From Candidatus Altiarchaeota archaeon (GTDB lineage: Archaea > Altiarchaeota > Altiarchaeia > IMC4 > SCGC-AAA252-I15): a stretch of 64,000 nucleotides of DNA. Of the stretch, positions 19,886-30,215 are shown piece after piece; the stretch's first letter is position 1; every line of letters begins with the position of its first letter. The stretch spans positions 67,478 through 131,477 of the forward strand of contig JAZDNF010000010.1 in NCBI GenBank assembly GCA_043800255.1, written 5' to 3'. A model generated the notes under the pieces. It made no database searches. It saw only the letters and a list, made by a program, of their open reading frames with translations, and was not told the origin of the DNA. The translations under genes and the position numbers were made by a program.

Positions 19886-20619
19886 GTGGCACAAAGATCG
19901 TTAAACTAAAGTTGGAAGGCGATGGTACAGGTCAGAAGTTGCCTGACCTTCGACAGAATCCAATGGAGAAGGCGCTGTCAGCATACGAGCTGATAGAAGA
20001 GCAACTGGATATTAACGGAGACTTTCGGCATGTTTCAGAACTCTTAGGGGACGTGGACGTGAAACCATCCCAACTCCAGCAGATAATCACCAAACTCGAG
20101 GAGAAACATGCGCTTGAGGATCGTTATCCGTCCAAGGCCGGTCTAATAGTGAACACACTAATACGGAAATCAACCAGCACTGTATTCAAATTCAAAAACA
20201 CGCAGACATTAAATCTTATCGGGTTCGAGCTTGAAGGCGATAAGAAAGTCACAATGGAAGGCAATGCTGGGCCACTGTCTGGCGCCCACATGAAAGACGG
20301 TGAATTACATGTTAAAGGAAACGTGGGGCAGGCTGCAGGACACCAGCTTGAAGGCGGCATGATAATAATCGACGGCAACGCTGACAGAGACATCGGCTGG
20401 GACATGATGGGTGGAGTAATCCATGTGAAAAAGAACGCGCAGAAGTGCGCGGGCAGGGAAATGAAAGCCGGGCTTTTGATTGTTGATGGGAATACAGGAG
20501 AACACACTGGAAGTGGGATGACTGGAGGCAGAATCGAGGTCGGCGGCACAATCGAGGCAATAGGTAGTGACGCTAAAGGCGAAATCTACAACAAGGGTGA
20601 GAAGGTGTGGCCCAAATGA
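19882..20619 (+). CDS. Array member 27, GXGXG beta-helix protein (245 aa)
   Basis: Leader, GXGXG coils, ATGA overlap. Confidence 0.93.
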   Translation: MSGTKIVKLKLEGDGTGQKLPDLRQNPMEKALSAYELIEEQLDINGDFRHVSELLGDVDVKPSQLQQIITKLEEKHALEDRYPSKAGLIVNTLIRKSTSTVFKFKNTQTLNLIGFELEGDKKVTMEGNAGPLSGAHMKDGELHVKGNVGQAAGHQLEGGMIIIDGNADRDIGWDMMGGVIHVKKNAQKCAGREMKAGLLIVDGNTGEHTGSGMTGGRIEVGGTIEAIGSDAKGEIYNKGEKVWPK

Positions 20620-21407
20620 CAGGCACAAAAGTAATCAAGCTGAAACTGGATGAGAGTGCCGACAAGTTGCCGAAATTGAGGGAAAAGTCTGATGATAGGG
20701 CGCTCAAGTTATTCGATGAAGTGAAATATCACGGAAATCCTTCTGAATTTTATGACAAGATTTTCGGATTGTCGGAGGGTTGGGACGTTGACTCGCAGAG
20801 ACTTCAGCAGATATATGACAGCCTATCCCACGCATACGGTGGGGAATTAGACACCGAGAAGGCCGGATTATTCCTCTCCGCGCTGATGCAGACATCCAGC
20901 TGCAACACACTCACGTTAGAGGTTTATCATCCCCTCGACCGGTTGTGCGGGAATCTGTTCGGAGAAAAGGATATTAGGCTGGTGGGTAACGTCGGTGAGC
21001 GTCTAGCGGAGTATATGACTAGTGGAAAAATCACAGTCGAAGGCGATGCTGGAAGCAGCCCAGGGCTAAGTATGATAGGCGGTAAGTTGCACATCAAAGG
21101 GGATGCTGGTGAGATGGCAGGCAACAAGTTGGGCAGTTGGTGGCACCCCGTTGTCATAAACGGTAAAAAGATCGACATGGAATACCCTCAACCGCCGGTG
21201 ATTATGGTCGACGGTGACACAGGAGACAAAACAGGGTTCATGATGTACAGGGGCTTAGTACATGTGAAGGGTAACGCGGGCGCAGAAACAGGCGCGCTGA
21301 TGAAAGGTGGCATCATAACGGTTGCTGGTAGAATCAAAAGCATAAGTCCCTCCTTTGAGAAGGATGAAATCTGGGAAGCTGGCGTGAAGAGGAGGCCGAT
21401 AGGATGA
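20616..21407 (+). CDS. Array member 28, GXGXG beta-helix protein (263 aa, loop insertion)
   Basis: Start moved from 20607; WWHPVVINGKKIDMEYPQPP insert within the coils. Confidence 0.92.
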   Translation: MTGTKVIKLKLDESADKLPKLREKSDDRALKLFDEVKYHGNPSEFYDKIFGLSEGWDVDSQRLQQIYDSLSHAYGGELDTEKAGLFLSALMQTSSCNTLTLEVYHPLDRLCGNLFGEKDIRLVGNVGERLAEYMTSGKITVEGDAGSSPGLSMIGGKLHIKGDAGEMAGNKLGSWWHPVVINGKKIDMEYPQPPVIMVDGDTGDKTGFMMYRGLVHVKGNAGAETGALMKGGIITVAGRIKSISPSFEKDEIWEAGVKRRPIG

Positions 21408-22222
21408 CGGCGACGAAAATCGTGAAATTCAGGCTTGACGGTGAAGGCAGCAGGGAGAAGCTGCCGAAGCTTAAGGAGTCTGTTGTCGAGCAGGCTGTTG
21501 CAATATATGAGGAGCCGTGTTTCACAGGGCCCAACTACTATGATATGATATGCGAGAAAATACAGGGCCTGGATGTGACGCCATCCCAGCTCAAGGAGAT
21601 AGCAGAGACTCTGGAGAAAAAACACGCAGCAGACGAATACTATCCGGATCTGAAACTTAATAAAAGCAAAGATTATGATGTCACGGCAGGGTATTTTCTC
21701 ACCGCGTTGGTGAACCATTCCAGTGAGACCACGTTCGAATTCAAAACACGCTGTGGATTGTACGGTGTGGGCTGGAAGCTCAAGGCTGGGAAGGAGCTCA
21801 CAGTCACCGGTGATCTGGGAAACCACGTTGCGAATGAGATGGAAGGAGGGAAGCTTCACGTCAGGGGAAGCGTCAGAGACCTGCTGGGTAACAAGATGAC
21901 GGGTGGCGAGATTATCGTGGAGAAAAATGCTGGAAACTATGCAGGACAGTGCATGGGCGGCGGGAGCATCCACATCAAAGGCAGAGCATGGGAGCAGACC
22001 GGACAGGACATGAGCGACGGGAAAATCACAGTAGACGGGGATGTAGGCAGCTGGCTTGGAGCTAAAATGACGGGAGGATACATCCGCGTCAAAGGAAACG
22101 CCGGAGAGGACACCGGCATATGGATGGAAAGCGGCGAAATCGAGGTCGACGGCAAAATAGCAGAATTAAGCGACAAGTACTTCGGCGGAAAAATCTGGGG
22201 CGGAGGACTGCAAAGAAGATGA
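21404..22222 (+). CDS. Array member 29, GXGXG beta-helix protein (272 aa)
   Basis: MTATKIVKFRLD leader, GXGXG coils, ATGA overlap. Confidence 0.93.
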   Translation: MTATKIVKFRLDGEGSREKLPKLKESVVEQAVAIYEEPCFTGPNYYDMICEKIQGLDVTPSQLKEIAETLEKKHAADEYYPDLKLNKSKDYDVTAGYFLTALVNHSSETTFEFKTRCGLYGVGWKLKAGKELTVTGDLGNHVANEMEGGKLHVRGSVRDLLGNKMTGGEIIVEKNAGNYAGQCMGGGSIHIKGRAWEQTGQDMSDGKITVDGDVGSWLGAKMTGGYIRVKGNAGEDTGIWMESGEIEVDGKIAELSDKYFGGKIWGGGLQRR

Positions 22223-23127
22223 CAGGCACGAAGGTCATAAAACTGAATCTAGAAGACGGTGGTTCAGCTGAAAAATTGCCGAAGCTTATGGACTCGGGGG
22301 TGGAGGATGTTGTGAAGGCCTTTACAGAGGTAAAATTCAAATCCGTTGACGAGTATTATGGCCTGGTCACAGATCGCGTGCGGGACTTTGATGTCACACA
22401 ACTCCAGTTGCAGCGTGTACTCAACTCTATTGAAGCACAAGCTGGTTCTAGGAAGTTCTTCGAAAGGGATGCGGGGCTGTTCCTGACAGCGTTGATCCAG
22501 ACATCTGATCGAGACGAATTCGCCTTAGAACCAACAATGCCCATAGGATACTTGGGACACAAACTGGCAGGAGGCAAGAAAATCACAGTAAAAGGAAATG
22601 TAGGAAATCAAATTGGACACCTTATGCAGGATGGGACTGTCATCATAGAAGGCAGCGCCCAGAATTTCACAGGATATGAGATGACCGGCGGAGAGATAAT
22701 AATCAAGGGGGATGTGGGTGCTAGCACTGGCAACAACATGAGAGGCGGGAAGATTCACGTCATCGAAAACGCCGGAGACCTCACAGCTCAACGGATGGCT
22801 GGCGGTATGATAGAGGTTGACGGCAAAGTTGGACACCATACAGGCGAGAATATGCAAGCAGGCACCATAAAAGTTAAGGGGGATGCGGGGGTAGGGACAG
22901 GTTGTGGCATGGAGGGAGGATTGATTGAACTAGGGGGCAATGCAGGGGCCAACACCGGAGAGCTTATGCGCGGCACAGGCAAGATTATAGTGAACGGCAA
23001 AATCGAAAGCATATCCTCTGAGTACTCTACGGGGGAGATCTGGGAGGGCTCCACCAAGATGAGGCCAACGAAAGTGGGTGAAGTGATTGGAAAATTCGGC
23101 GATATGATGCGAAAAACCGGACTCTAA
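22219..23127 (+). CDS. Array member 30, GXGXG beta-helix protein (302 aa)
   Basis: Start moved from 22120 to the MTGTK ATG; C-terminal extension. Confidence 0.92.
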   Translation: MTGTKVIKLNLEDGGSAEKLPKLMDSGVEDVVKAFTEVKFKSVDEYYGLVTDRVRDFDVTQLQLQRVLNSIEAQAGSRKFFERDAGLFLTALIQTSDRDEFALEPTMPIGYLGHKLAGGKKITVKGNVGNQIGHLMQDGTVIIEGSAQNFTGYEMTGGEIIIKGDVGASTGNNMRGGKIHVIENAGDLTAQRMAGGMIEVDGKVGHHTGENMQAGTIKVKGDAGVGTGCGMEGGLIELGGNAGANTGELMRGTGKIIVNGKIESISSEYSTGEIWEGSTKMRPTKVGEVIGKFGDMMRKTGL

Positions 23128-23134
23128 AAATAAT

Positions 23135-24004
23135 ATGGCCCAAGAGAAGATCATTAAACTGAGGCTGGAAGACGCTGCTGGAGGGGACAAGCTCCCAAAG
23201 CTGATGGATGATAAGGTAGACGAGAAAGCCATTCAGAAGCTTTTGGGCGTATACAAGACGACGAGACATGAGGGGCAGCTAAGGGATTACACGACTGAAA
23301 TGCATGAGAAATACTTTCAAAGTATGTTAGATTCTACAAGAGAGTTTAACGTAAACTCTGCAAGTTTGAAGGAGATTGCGAATGTGCTGCAGAAAGAATA
23401 CTATCCTCAGGAACTTCTCAAATCAAAGGCTGACAATCTAAGGCCCGTCGCCTCCGACAAGATCGGGCTTTTCCTATCAGCCCTCATCGAGAACTCAGAA
23501 CACGGCGTATTCACAATCGAGGCATCAGAGAGCATAGGCTACATCGGCTATCGCCTCAAAGCCGGGAAGATGATAACCCTCTTAGGCGATGCTGGCCCGT
23601 GCACAGGACACGAGATGTCCGGAGGCGAGATAATAATCGACGGCTCTCAGGACAACTGGCTCGGCTGCAGGATGTCAGGCGGGACTATACAAGTGAACGG
23701 GGATGCGAAGGGCTATACCGGAGACCACATGAGCGGGGGAACCATAAACATAAGCGGCAGAGCCGAGCACGTAATCGGAAGAGGAATGCGCGGCGGGAAG
23801 ATAACTATAGGAAAGAACGCTGGAAGGATCGTAGGCTTTAACATGATCGACGGCGAAATACACGTCAAAGGAGACGTTGATGAACTGGTGGGTGAACATA
23901 TGGGAGGAGGAATCATCAGAGTCGATGGGGAGTTGAAGGGAGTATACCCCGACTGTTATGGCGGAGAAATCTGGCAAGCCAATACGAAGGTGTGGTCTAA
24001 ATGA
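23135..24004 (+). CDS. Array member 31, GXGXG beta-helix protein (289 aa)
   Basis: MAQEKIIKLRLE leader, GXGXG coils; 7-nt gap upstream. Confidence 0.93.
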   Translation: MAQEKIIKLRLEDAAGGDKLPKLMDDKVDEKAIQKLLGVYKTTRHEGQLRDYTTEMHEKYFQSMLDSTREFNVNSASLKEIANVLQKEYYPQELLKSKADNLRPVASDKIGLFLSALIENSEHGVFTIEASESIGYIGYRLKAGKMITLLGDAGPCTGHEMSGGEIIIDGSQDNWLGCRMSGGTIQVNGDAKGYTGDHMSGGTINISGRAEHVIGRGMRGGKITIGKNAGRIVGFNMIDGEIHVKGDVDELVGEHMGGGIIRVDGELKGVYPDCYGGEIWQANTKVWSK

Positions 24005-24726
24005 CCGGGACAAAAATTGTCAAACTGAAATTGGAGGGTGTGGGATCAGGGGAGAAGTTACCTACTATAAAGGAGGATCCGTTGCTCGAATACCATATGC
24101 TCTTCGAGAAAGCGCCCTACGATGGCAATACTGAGATCTTTTACGCTGATATGCTCAGAGAGCTAGACCGTAACGGTCTATCGCAGAAGGAAATCCAGGC
24201 GATAGTCGACAAGATACCTGACACCAGGGAAACAGATTCCACGCTGAGGCGGCAATATTATGAGAAAGTCGGGCTCTTCATGTCAGCTCTGGTAGAGGGC
24301 TCCAAAGATCATGAAGTGAAGGTAAAAATCAGACGTCCGTTCAATTACGTGGGGTTCAGGATGGGCGAGAACAAGAAACTAACGGTGGAAGGCAACCTCG
24401 GGGACCATACTGCTTTCGGATTAGACGGCGGAGACCTCACAATAGTGGGGAACACAGAAGACAATACTGCGATATACATGAGATGCGGCAGCCTGAACAT
24501 CAAAGGCAACACCGGAAAAAACATCGGATGCAGCATGGTCACAGGCGCAATCAATGTTAGCGGAAACGCAGGCGACAATGTAGGAGATAGGATACACGGA
24601 GGCCTGATAGACGTGGGAGGCAGCATCGGAAAGATCGGGACGCCGGTGGACGGCAGCGTCGAAGGCTATGTTGGGCCTGACAGATACGGCGAAATCCGCC
24701 ACAAGGGAGTGAGGGTCGCACCATGA
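24001..24726 (+). CDS. Array member 32, GXGXG beta-helix protein (241 aa)
   Basis: Leader, GXGXG coils, ATGA overlap. Confidence 0.93.
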   Translation: MTGTKIVKLKLEGVGSGEKLPTIKEDPLLEYHMLFEKAPYDGNTEIFYADMLRELDRNGLSQKEIQAIVDKIPDTRETDSTLRRQYYEKVGLFMSALVEGSKDHEVKVKIRRPFNYVGFRMGENKKLTVEGNLGDHTAFGLDGGDLTIVGNTEDNTAIYMRCGSLNIKGNTGKNIGCSMVTGAINVSGNAGDNVGDRIHGGLIDVGGSIGKIGTPVDGSVEGYVGPDRYGEIRHKGVRVAP

Positions 24727-25574
24727 CCGGCACAAAGATTGTGAAACTCAAACTGGACGATGAAGGCCAGGCTGATCGGCTGCCGAAGCTGAAAGAGGGG
24801 ATAGTAGATGATGTCATCAGAATGTATGAGAAGAACAACAGCCAGGATATTGATCTGTTCCGGCCGTTTGTCCGGCAGGATATCCAAGGATTCAATGTTA
24901 GCCCAAAGCAGCTTCGGGAAATTCTGTCAAAGCTTGAATCAAATTTCGGCAGCAGTTCGGGTTACGCCCTAGAGGCGGCGGTAGTCCTAACCTATCTGAT
25001 AATGAATTCAACGCACAAGGAGTTCACAATAAGGCCACTCCAGAGACTTGACCGTCTCGGTGAGATGCTGGGCGAGGGGAAGACGATAATAGTCGAGGGG
25101 AAGCTGGGACATATGGCGGGAGCTGGCATGGATGGGGGTACGATAATCGTTAAAGGGGATACGATGGGTGAGACAGGATGTGCGATGAAAAGGGGAAAGA
25201 TTGTCATAGACGGGAATACTGGCGGACTCACCGGATGGAAGATGGAGGGGGGAACGCTGGAAGTGAGAGGAAATGTCGCGAAGAAACTGGGGCTTCAGAT
25301 GAGTGGCGGCAGCATCAAAGTGGTAGGCGACGCGGAAGATGATGGGGGAGAGTTCATGGAAGGTGGGAACATTGAAGTGTTTGGGAACGTGGGAGACAGG
25401 TTAGGCATGAACATGAAAGGCGGCGAAATCCACATCAAAGGCAAATGCGGTAAAAATACCGGACTTAGGATGAACGAGGGTAAACTACTGGTGGATGGCA
25501 GAATAGCGAGCATAAGCAAAGAATACCACTCTGGAGAAATCTGGGAAGCTGGTGTCAGGAGGAGGCCAAAGTGA
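24723..25574 (+). CDS. Array member 33, GXGXG beta-helix protein (283 aa)
   Basis: Leader, GXGXG coils, ATGA overlap. Confidence 0.93.
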   Translation: MTGTKIVKLKLDDEGQADRLPKLKEGIVDDVIRMYEKNNSQDIDLFRPFVRQDIQGFNVSPKQLREILSKLESNFGSSSGYALEAAVVLTYLIMNSTHKEFTIRPLQRLDRLGEMLGEGKTIIVEGKLGHMAGAGMDGGTIIVKGDTMGETGCAMKRGKIVIDGNTGGLTGWKMEGGTLEVRGNVAKKLGLQMSGGSIKVVGDAEDDGGEFMEGGNIEVFGNVGDRLGMNMKGGEIHIKGKCGKNTGLRMNEGKLLVDGRIASISKEYHSGEIWEAGVRRRPK

Positions 25575-26293
25575 CGGGCACTAAGGTTGTAAAGCTGAAA
25601 CTTGAGGATAATGGTCAGGCTGATAAACTGCCGAAGCTGAAAGACCCGCTCACAAAGGAGATCGCAAAAATTTTCGAGGAGACTGGCTACTGGCAGCTTG
25701 GGGCGAGCGGCCGTGATGCCCCAGAGTTCTACTACTTGGTGGTTCAGGAAAAAACGGAGAAATATGATGTCAGCCCCGAAGAGCTGCAGCTCATACTTGC
25801 GGATATTGAAGGGGGAGACCGCAGCAGAGCATGGTTTGACAGGTGCGCTGGCATATTCCTGACAGCCTTGGTGAACAACTCCAGCCGCGATGAGTTCAGA
25901 ATAACGCCTCAGATAAAATTGGACGGGATAGGCTACAGGCTCCAGAAGGGGAAGAAGATAACAGTTGACGGAGACGTCGGCGGATGGGTGGGACAGTACA
26001 TGGAAGGTGGCACGCTCATAGTCAACGGAAACGCAGATGATGCTCTTGGAGAGGGGATGGAGGATGGACGGGTTATCGTTACCGGCAGTGCAGGAAACAA
26101 CGTCGGCTTCCACATGGCAGACGGGTACATCGAAATCGGAAAAGAGACAGACGTCTTCACAGGAGACCGGGCGGAGGGGGGCAAAATCCTGGTAAAGGGG
26201 AAGGTAGGGCAATGCATCCCCCGGTATGAGGGCGGGGAACTCTGGGAAAGAGACCGAAAAATACTCCCAATGAAGAAAAGCAGATTAAAATGA
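25571..26293 (+). CDS. Array member 34, GXGXG beta-helix protein (240 aa, GTG start)
   Basis: Leader, GXGXG coils, GTGA overlap, AGGAGGAGG upstream. Confidence 0.93.
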   Translation: MTGTKVVKLKLEDNGQADKLPKLKDPLTKEIAKIFEETGYWQLGASGRDAPEFYYLVVQEKTEKYDVSPEELQLILADIEGGDRSRAWFDRCAGIFLTALVNNSSRDEFRITPQIKLDGIGYRLQKGKKITVDGDVGGWVGQYMEGGTLIVNGNADDALGEGMEDGRVIVTGSAGNNVGFHMADGYIEIGKETDVFTGDRAEGGKILVKGKVGQCIPRYEGGELWERDRKILPMKKSRLK

Positions 26294-27372
26294 CCGGGAC
26301 TAAAGTTGTCAAGCTGAAACTGGAAGGTGATGGTGCAGAGAATTTTCCGAAACTGAAGGCTGGGGCTGCTGTGGGAGAGGCAGTACAACTTTATAAAACG
26401 ATCGAATTCGAAGATAAACCTATAGAGGACATGTGCACTGTCGACGGTAGGACAGCGGGATTAAATCTGAAACCCTCTGAGATTCAGACGGTGCTCGATA
26501 TATTAGAAGAAGAGCACGGTGAGGATGAGGGATACCTTCAGAATGCAGGACTCTATATCACTGCGTTGATAAAAAACTCAGACGACAAGACGTTCACAAT
26601 AAAGACGAGAAAGCCGCTAGACCATTTCGGGAATTTCATGTCAGGGAAAGAGGTTGAAGTAGTCGGGGACATTGGCAAATGGGCTGGGGTGGGCATGAAA
26701 GACTGCAGACTAGGGATAACGGGAAGTGCGGGGGAGCTTGCCGGGTGGATGATGGGCAACAGCACGCTGAAAGTCTCAGGCGATGTCGGAAAAAAAACAG
26801 GGAATGAGATGGAAAACAGCAGACTTATCATAGGAGGCAACGCCGGAGAATATCTGGGCTCGAGGATGAAGAGTGGAAAGATTCTGGTAGAAGGTGATGT
26901 CCAGGGTTGGATGGGGAATGAAATGGAAAGCGGAGAGATAACCGTCAGAGGAAACATTGGCGGCGCCCTCTGCTGGAACATGAAATCCGGAAAAATAAAA
27001 ATTGAAGGAAATGCTGGCGACTCGATAGGAACGTGGATGAAAGATGGGGAGATTACTATCGAAGGCAGAGCAGGCAGCAGAGTGGGCTGGCTGCTGAAAG
27101 GCGGGAAGATACTGGTCAAAGGGGGTGTTGACGATGAGCTGGGACGCGAGATGACTGGCGGCGAAATAACCGTGGAAGGCAGTGCGAGAAGCTTAGCGGG
27201 CGCTGGAATGAAAAAGGGGACAATAAAAATCGGGAAAGATGGAGGATACAACCTAGGCTCCAAAATGGAAGGCGGACGCATCGAAGTCGGCGGAACCATT
27301 GAGAACATAGCCTCTGACATCCAAGGCGGGGTAATCTACAGCAAAGAGGAGAAGGTGTGGCCTAAATGGTAA
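26290..27372 (+). CDS. Array member 35, GXGXG beta-helix protein (360 aa, longest)
   Basis: Leader, about 11-12 coils, ATGA overlap. Confidence 0.93.
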   Translation: MTGTKVVKLKLEGDGAENFPKLKAGAAVGEAVQLYKTIEFEDKPIEDMCTVDGRTAGLNLKPSEIQTVLDILEEEHGEDEGYLQNAGLYITALIKNSDDKTFTIKTRKPLDHFGNFMSGKEVEVVGDIGKWAGVGMKDCRLGITGSAGELAGWMMGNSTLKVSGDVGKKTGNEMENSRLIIGGNAGEYLGSRMKSGKILVEGDVQGWMGNEMESGEITVRGNIGGALCWNMKSGKIKIEGNAGDSIGTWMKDGEITIEGRAGSRVGWLLKGGKILVKGGVDDELGREMTGGEITVEGSARSLAGAGMKKGTIKIGKDGGYNLGSKMEGGRIEVGGTIENIASDIQGGVIYSKEEKVWPKW

Positions 27373-28055
27373 ATACTAACGTAGTCAAACTGAAGCTGGA
27401 AGGCGGGTCTGAGGGCAGGCTGCCCAAGCTTATGGACGATACGGTTGAGAGGGCGGTTGAGCTATTCGACGAGGGCAGGCATGATGGTTATCCTCCGAAA
27501 AGTTTTGAGACTTATCTGCGTCAGACTAGCGACATAAGCGTGTCAGAGCGGCAATTGCAGGACATCGTTGACAGAATATGGGAGAAACACGGTGATGCGG
27601 AGAATACCGATGACCATCTGGGATTGTATGTGTCCGCTCTTGTCAGCAGTTCAAAACACAGCAAATTCAGGATTGAGACTCCCAAGCCGCTGAATAATCT
27701 CGGTTACAGGCTGCCGAAAGGCAAGACTCTCATAATCGGTGGCGATGCAGGAAGGCATTTGGGCTCCCTAAATGCCGGGCAGATAATCGTGAAAGGCGAC
27801 GCCGGGGATTACATCGGCTGGGAGATGAAAGAGGGCCAGATACTCGTCGAAGGCAACGCCGGCATGTATGTTGGATGTTATATGCGCAGCGGAGAGATTC
27901 AAGTTAGAGGGCAGGCCGATCCGATGGTCGGCATAAACATGACCGGCGGATTCATACGAGTCGGAAAGCTGTCAGAGGGTGAGGGCATCAGCGCAGCATA
28001 TCAAGGAGGCGAAATCTGGGAAGGAAACAAAAAAGTCAGACCAAAAGAAACATGA
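27366..28055 (+). CDS. Array member 36, GXGXG beta-helix protein (229 aa)
   Basis: MVNTNVVKLKLE leader; 7-nt ATGGTAA overlap. Confidence 0.92.
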   Translation: MVNTNVVKLKLEGGSEGRLPKLMDDTVERAVELFDEGRHDGYPPKSFETYLRQTSDISVSERQLQDIVDRIWEKHGDAENTDDHLGLYVSALVSSSKHSKFRIETPKPLNNLGYRLPKGKTLIIGGDAGRHLGSLNAGQIIVKGDAGDYIGWEMKEGQILVEGNAGMYVGCYMRSGEIQVRGQADPMVGINMTGGFIRVGKLSEGEGISAAYQGGEIWEGNKKVRPKET

Positions 28056-28876
28056 CTGGGACTAAAATTGTCAAACTAAGATTGGAGGATGGTAGGAAAG
28101 AGAACCTCCCCGGCCTCAGGGATGTGCTATCTGAACCGCAGGCTGAGGAGCTGGTCAGAATATGCGGCCGGATAAACTATGATGATGCCGGCAAATACTA
28201 TAAGTTAGCGTTGGCTGCGACAAAAAAATACAATCTAACCTCGTTGGAGCTGCAGACGGTGGTCGAAGGTTTAGAGAAAAGCTCTTCTGCTGGTTATGAA
28301 TCCCTCAACAGGAGCGGCATCTTCTTAACGGCATTAATCCAGAATTCAAAGCAACGGGAGTTCACGATAAAGACAAACAAACCCCTAAACTGCTTCGGAT
28401 GCTCATTAAGCGGCCACAAGAGCATAACAGTCAACGGGGACCTCGGCCACAACGCTGGCTTGGACATGATAAACGGGACAATCCACGTATATGGCAAGAC
28501 GGGAAACTCGACAGGAAACTCGATGGACGGCGGGGCAATCATCGTAGAAGAGTATATGGGATCTAACACTGGATTCATGATGTCAGGGGGCACGATAATC
28601 TGCCACGGAAGTTCCGGAAGCAGGACAGGCCATGCGATGGCCTGCAGACGTGGCATGACGAGCAGGATAGAAATACGAAAGGATGCAGGGGATGGGACAG
28701 GTTTCATGATGAGCTCAGGAGCTGAGATAGAGATTGGAGGAAACGCCGGAGACGGCCTCGGCGAGGACATGCACGGAGGCGTCATACGGGTAAAGGGGAA
28801 GATAGGAAGCATAAGCCCCAAATTCGGTTCCGGCGAAATCTGGGAGGGGGATGTGAAAAAGAGGCCGGAAAAATGA
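28052..28876 (+). CDS. Array member 37, GXGXG beta-helix protein (274 aa)
   Basis: Leader, GXGXG coils, ATGA overlap. Confidence 0.93.
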   Translation: MTGTKIVKLRLEDGRKENLPGLRDVLSEPQAEELVRICGRINYDDAGKYYKLALAATKKYNLTSLELQTVVEGLEKSSSAGYESLNRSGIFLTALIQNSKQREFTIKTNKPLNCFGCSLSGHKSITVNGDLGHNAGLDMINGTIHVYGKTGNSTGNSMDGGAIIVEEYMGSNTGFMMSGGTIICHGSSGSRTGHAMACRRGMTSRIEIRKDAGDGTGFMMSSGAEIEIGGNAGDGLGEDMHGGVIRVKGKIGSISPKFGSGEIWEGDVKKRPEK

Positions 28877-29586
28877 CAGGGACGAAGGTCGTCAAACTGA
28901 AACTTGAGGCGGGAGGCGATGACAGTTTGCCCCTATTGAAGGATCCTATTGCGGAGAAGATTGCCACCTTGTACAAGGACACTGCTGACAGATACCGCAC
29001 CGATCCCTCAGCCCAGTATATGATGGTGGAGCCCCACACAAGAAAGTTTAATCTGAACTCGGGGCAGATCCAGACTATCCTATTGGCTCTTGAAAAAACG
29101 TTCGGAGAGGATGAGCACTTCCACTGGAGAGCGGGAATAATACTGTCCGCGCTGATCAACAACTCCAAGGACAAAGAGTTCCGGATAAAAACCGCAACAC
29201 CGTTGAGTTGCCTCGGCTATAACCTAAAAGGCAAAAAACTGGTTGTGGACGGGGATGTTGGGAATCTCACGGGCGCGCATATGATAAACGGCGAACTGGT
29301 GGTGAACGGGAACGCGGGCGATAATACTGGCTGGGACATGCATCATGGGAGGATACGCATAACCGGGAATGCCGGAGCGCGCACAGGACATCACATGTCA
29401 GGCGACACCATAATAAAAGTCGAAGGCGACGCAGGCGCGGAAACAGGCCACCTCATGCATGACGGAGTAATCGACGTGGGCGGGAGGATTGAGAGCATAA
29501 GCCGCGCATTCCTAGAGTGGCCTGACGGGAAAATGCAGATGAGGGGGGAAATCTGGAACAAGGGTGAGAAGGTGTGGCCGAAATGA
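28873..29586 (+). CDS. Array member 38, GXGXG beta-helix protein (237 aa)
   Basis: Leader, GXGXG coils, ATGA overlap. Confidence 0.93.
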   Translation: MTGTKVVKLKLEAGGDDSLPLLKDPIAEKIATLYKDTADRYRTDPSAQYMMVEPHTRKFNLNSGQIQTILLALEKTFGEDEHFHWRAGIILSALINNSKDKEFRIKTATPLSCLGYNLKGKKLVVDGDVGNLTGAHMINGELVVNGNAGDNTGWDMHHGRIRITGNAGARTGHHMSGDTIIKVEGDAGAETGHLMHDGVIDVGGRIESISRAFLEWPDGKMQMRGEIWNKGEKVWPK

Positions 29587-30215
29587 CCGGGACAAAGATT
29601 GTCAAACTGAAGCTGGAGTATGAGGGTCAGGCTGACGGGCTGCCTCAGATTAAGGGTTCCGTCGTCGATCAGGTTGTGGGATTGTACAATAAGCTGAAAT
29701 ATCCTGAGGAGGTTGTCGATGATTCTCAGGGGCTTGTGGAGCGCACAAGCGAGTTTAATCTCAATTCCGGCGAGCTTCAGATGACTCTGATGAAACTTGA
29801 GAATGAGAACAAGGATGGCATAACATTCAGGGTGAAGACCGGTCTTTTCCTCTCAGCCCTGATGCGGAATTCCACGGAAACGCGATTCCAACTCAAGCCT
29901 ACCCGGGATATGTACTACCTCGGCTGGCGCCTGTCCGGCGGCAAGAAGATCACCGTCCTCGGAGACCTTGGGAATTACGCTGGACTGGAAATGACGGACT
30001 GTGAGATGCACATCACAGGAGATGCTGGCTCAGGGACCGGGGCACACATGTCAAACAGCAGGATAACAGTGGACGGGAGCACGGGAGACAGCACGGGCGC
30101 TGGAATGAAAAGCGGAACAATCAAAGTAGGGAAGAAAATACAGCACATAGAGCCTAACATCGAAGGCGGCGAGATTTGGGAAGCCGGGAAAAAGGTGTGG
30201 CCGAAAGAAAAATGA
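29583..30215 (+). CDS. Array member 39, GXGXG beta-helix protein (210 aa)
   Basis: Start moved from 29574 to the MTGTK ATG. Confidence 0.92.
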   Translation: MTGTKIVKLKLEYEGQADGLPQIKGSVVDQVVGLYNKLKYPEEVVDDSQGLVERTSEFNLNSGELQMTLMKLENENKDGITFRVKTGLFLSALMRNSTETRFQLKPTRDMYYLGWRLSGGKKITVLGDLGNYAGLEMTDCEMHITGDAGSGTGAHMSNSRITVDGSTGDSTGAGMKSGTIKVGKKIQHIEPNIEGGEIWEAGKKVWPKEK

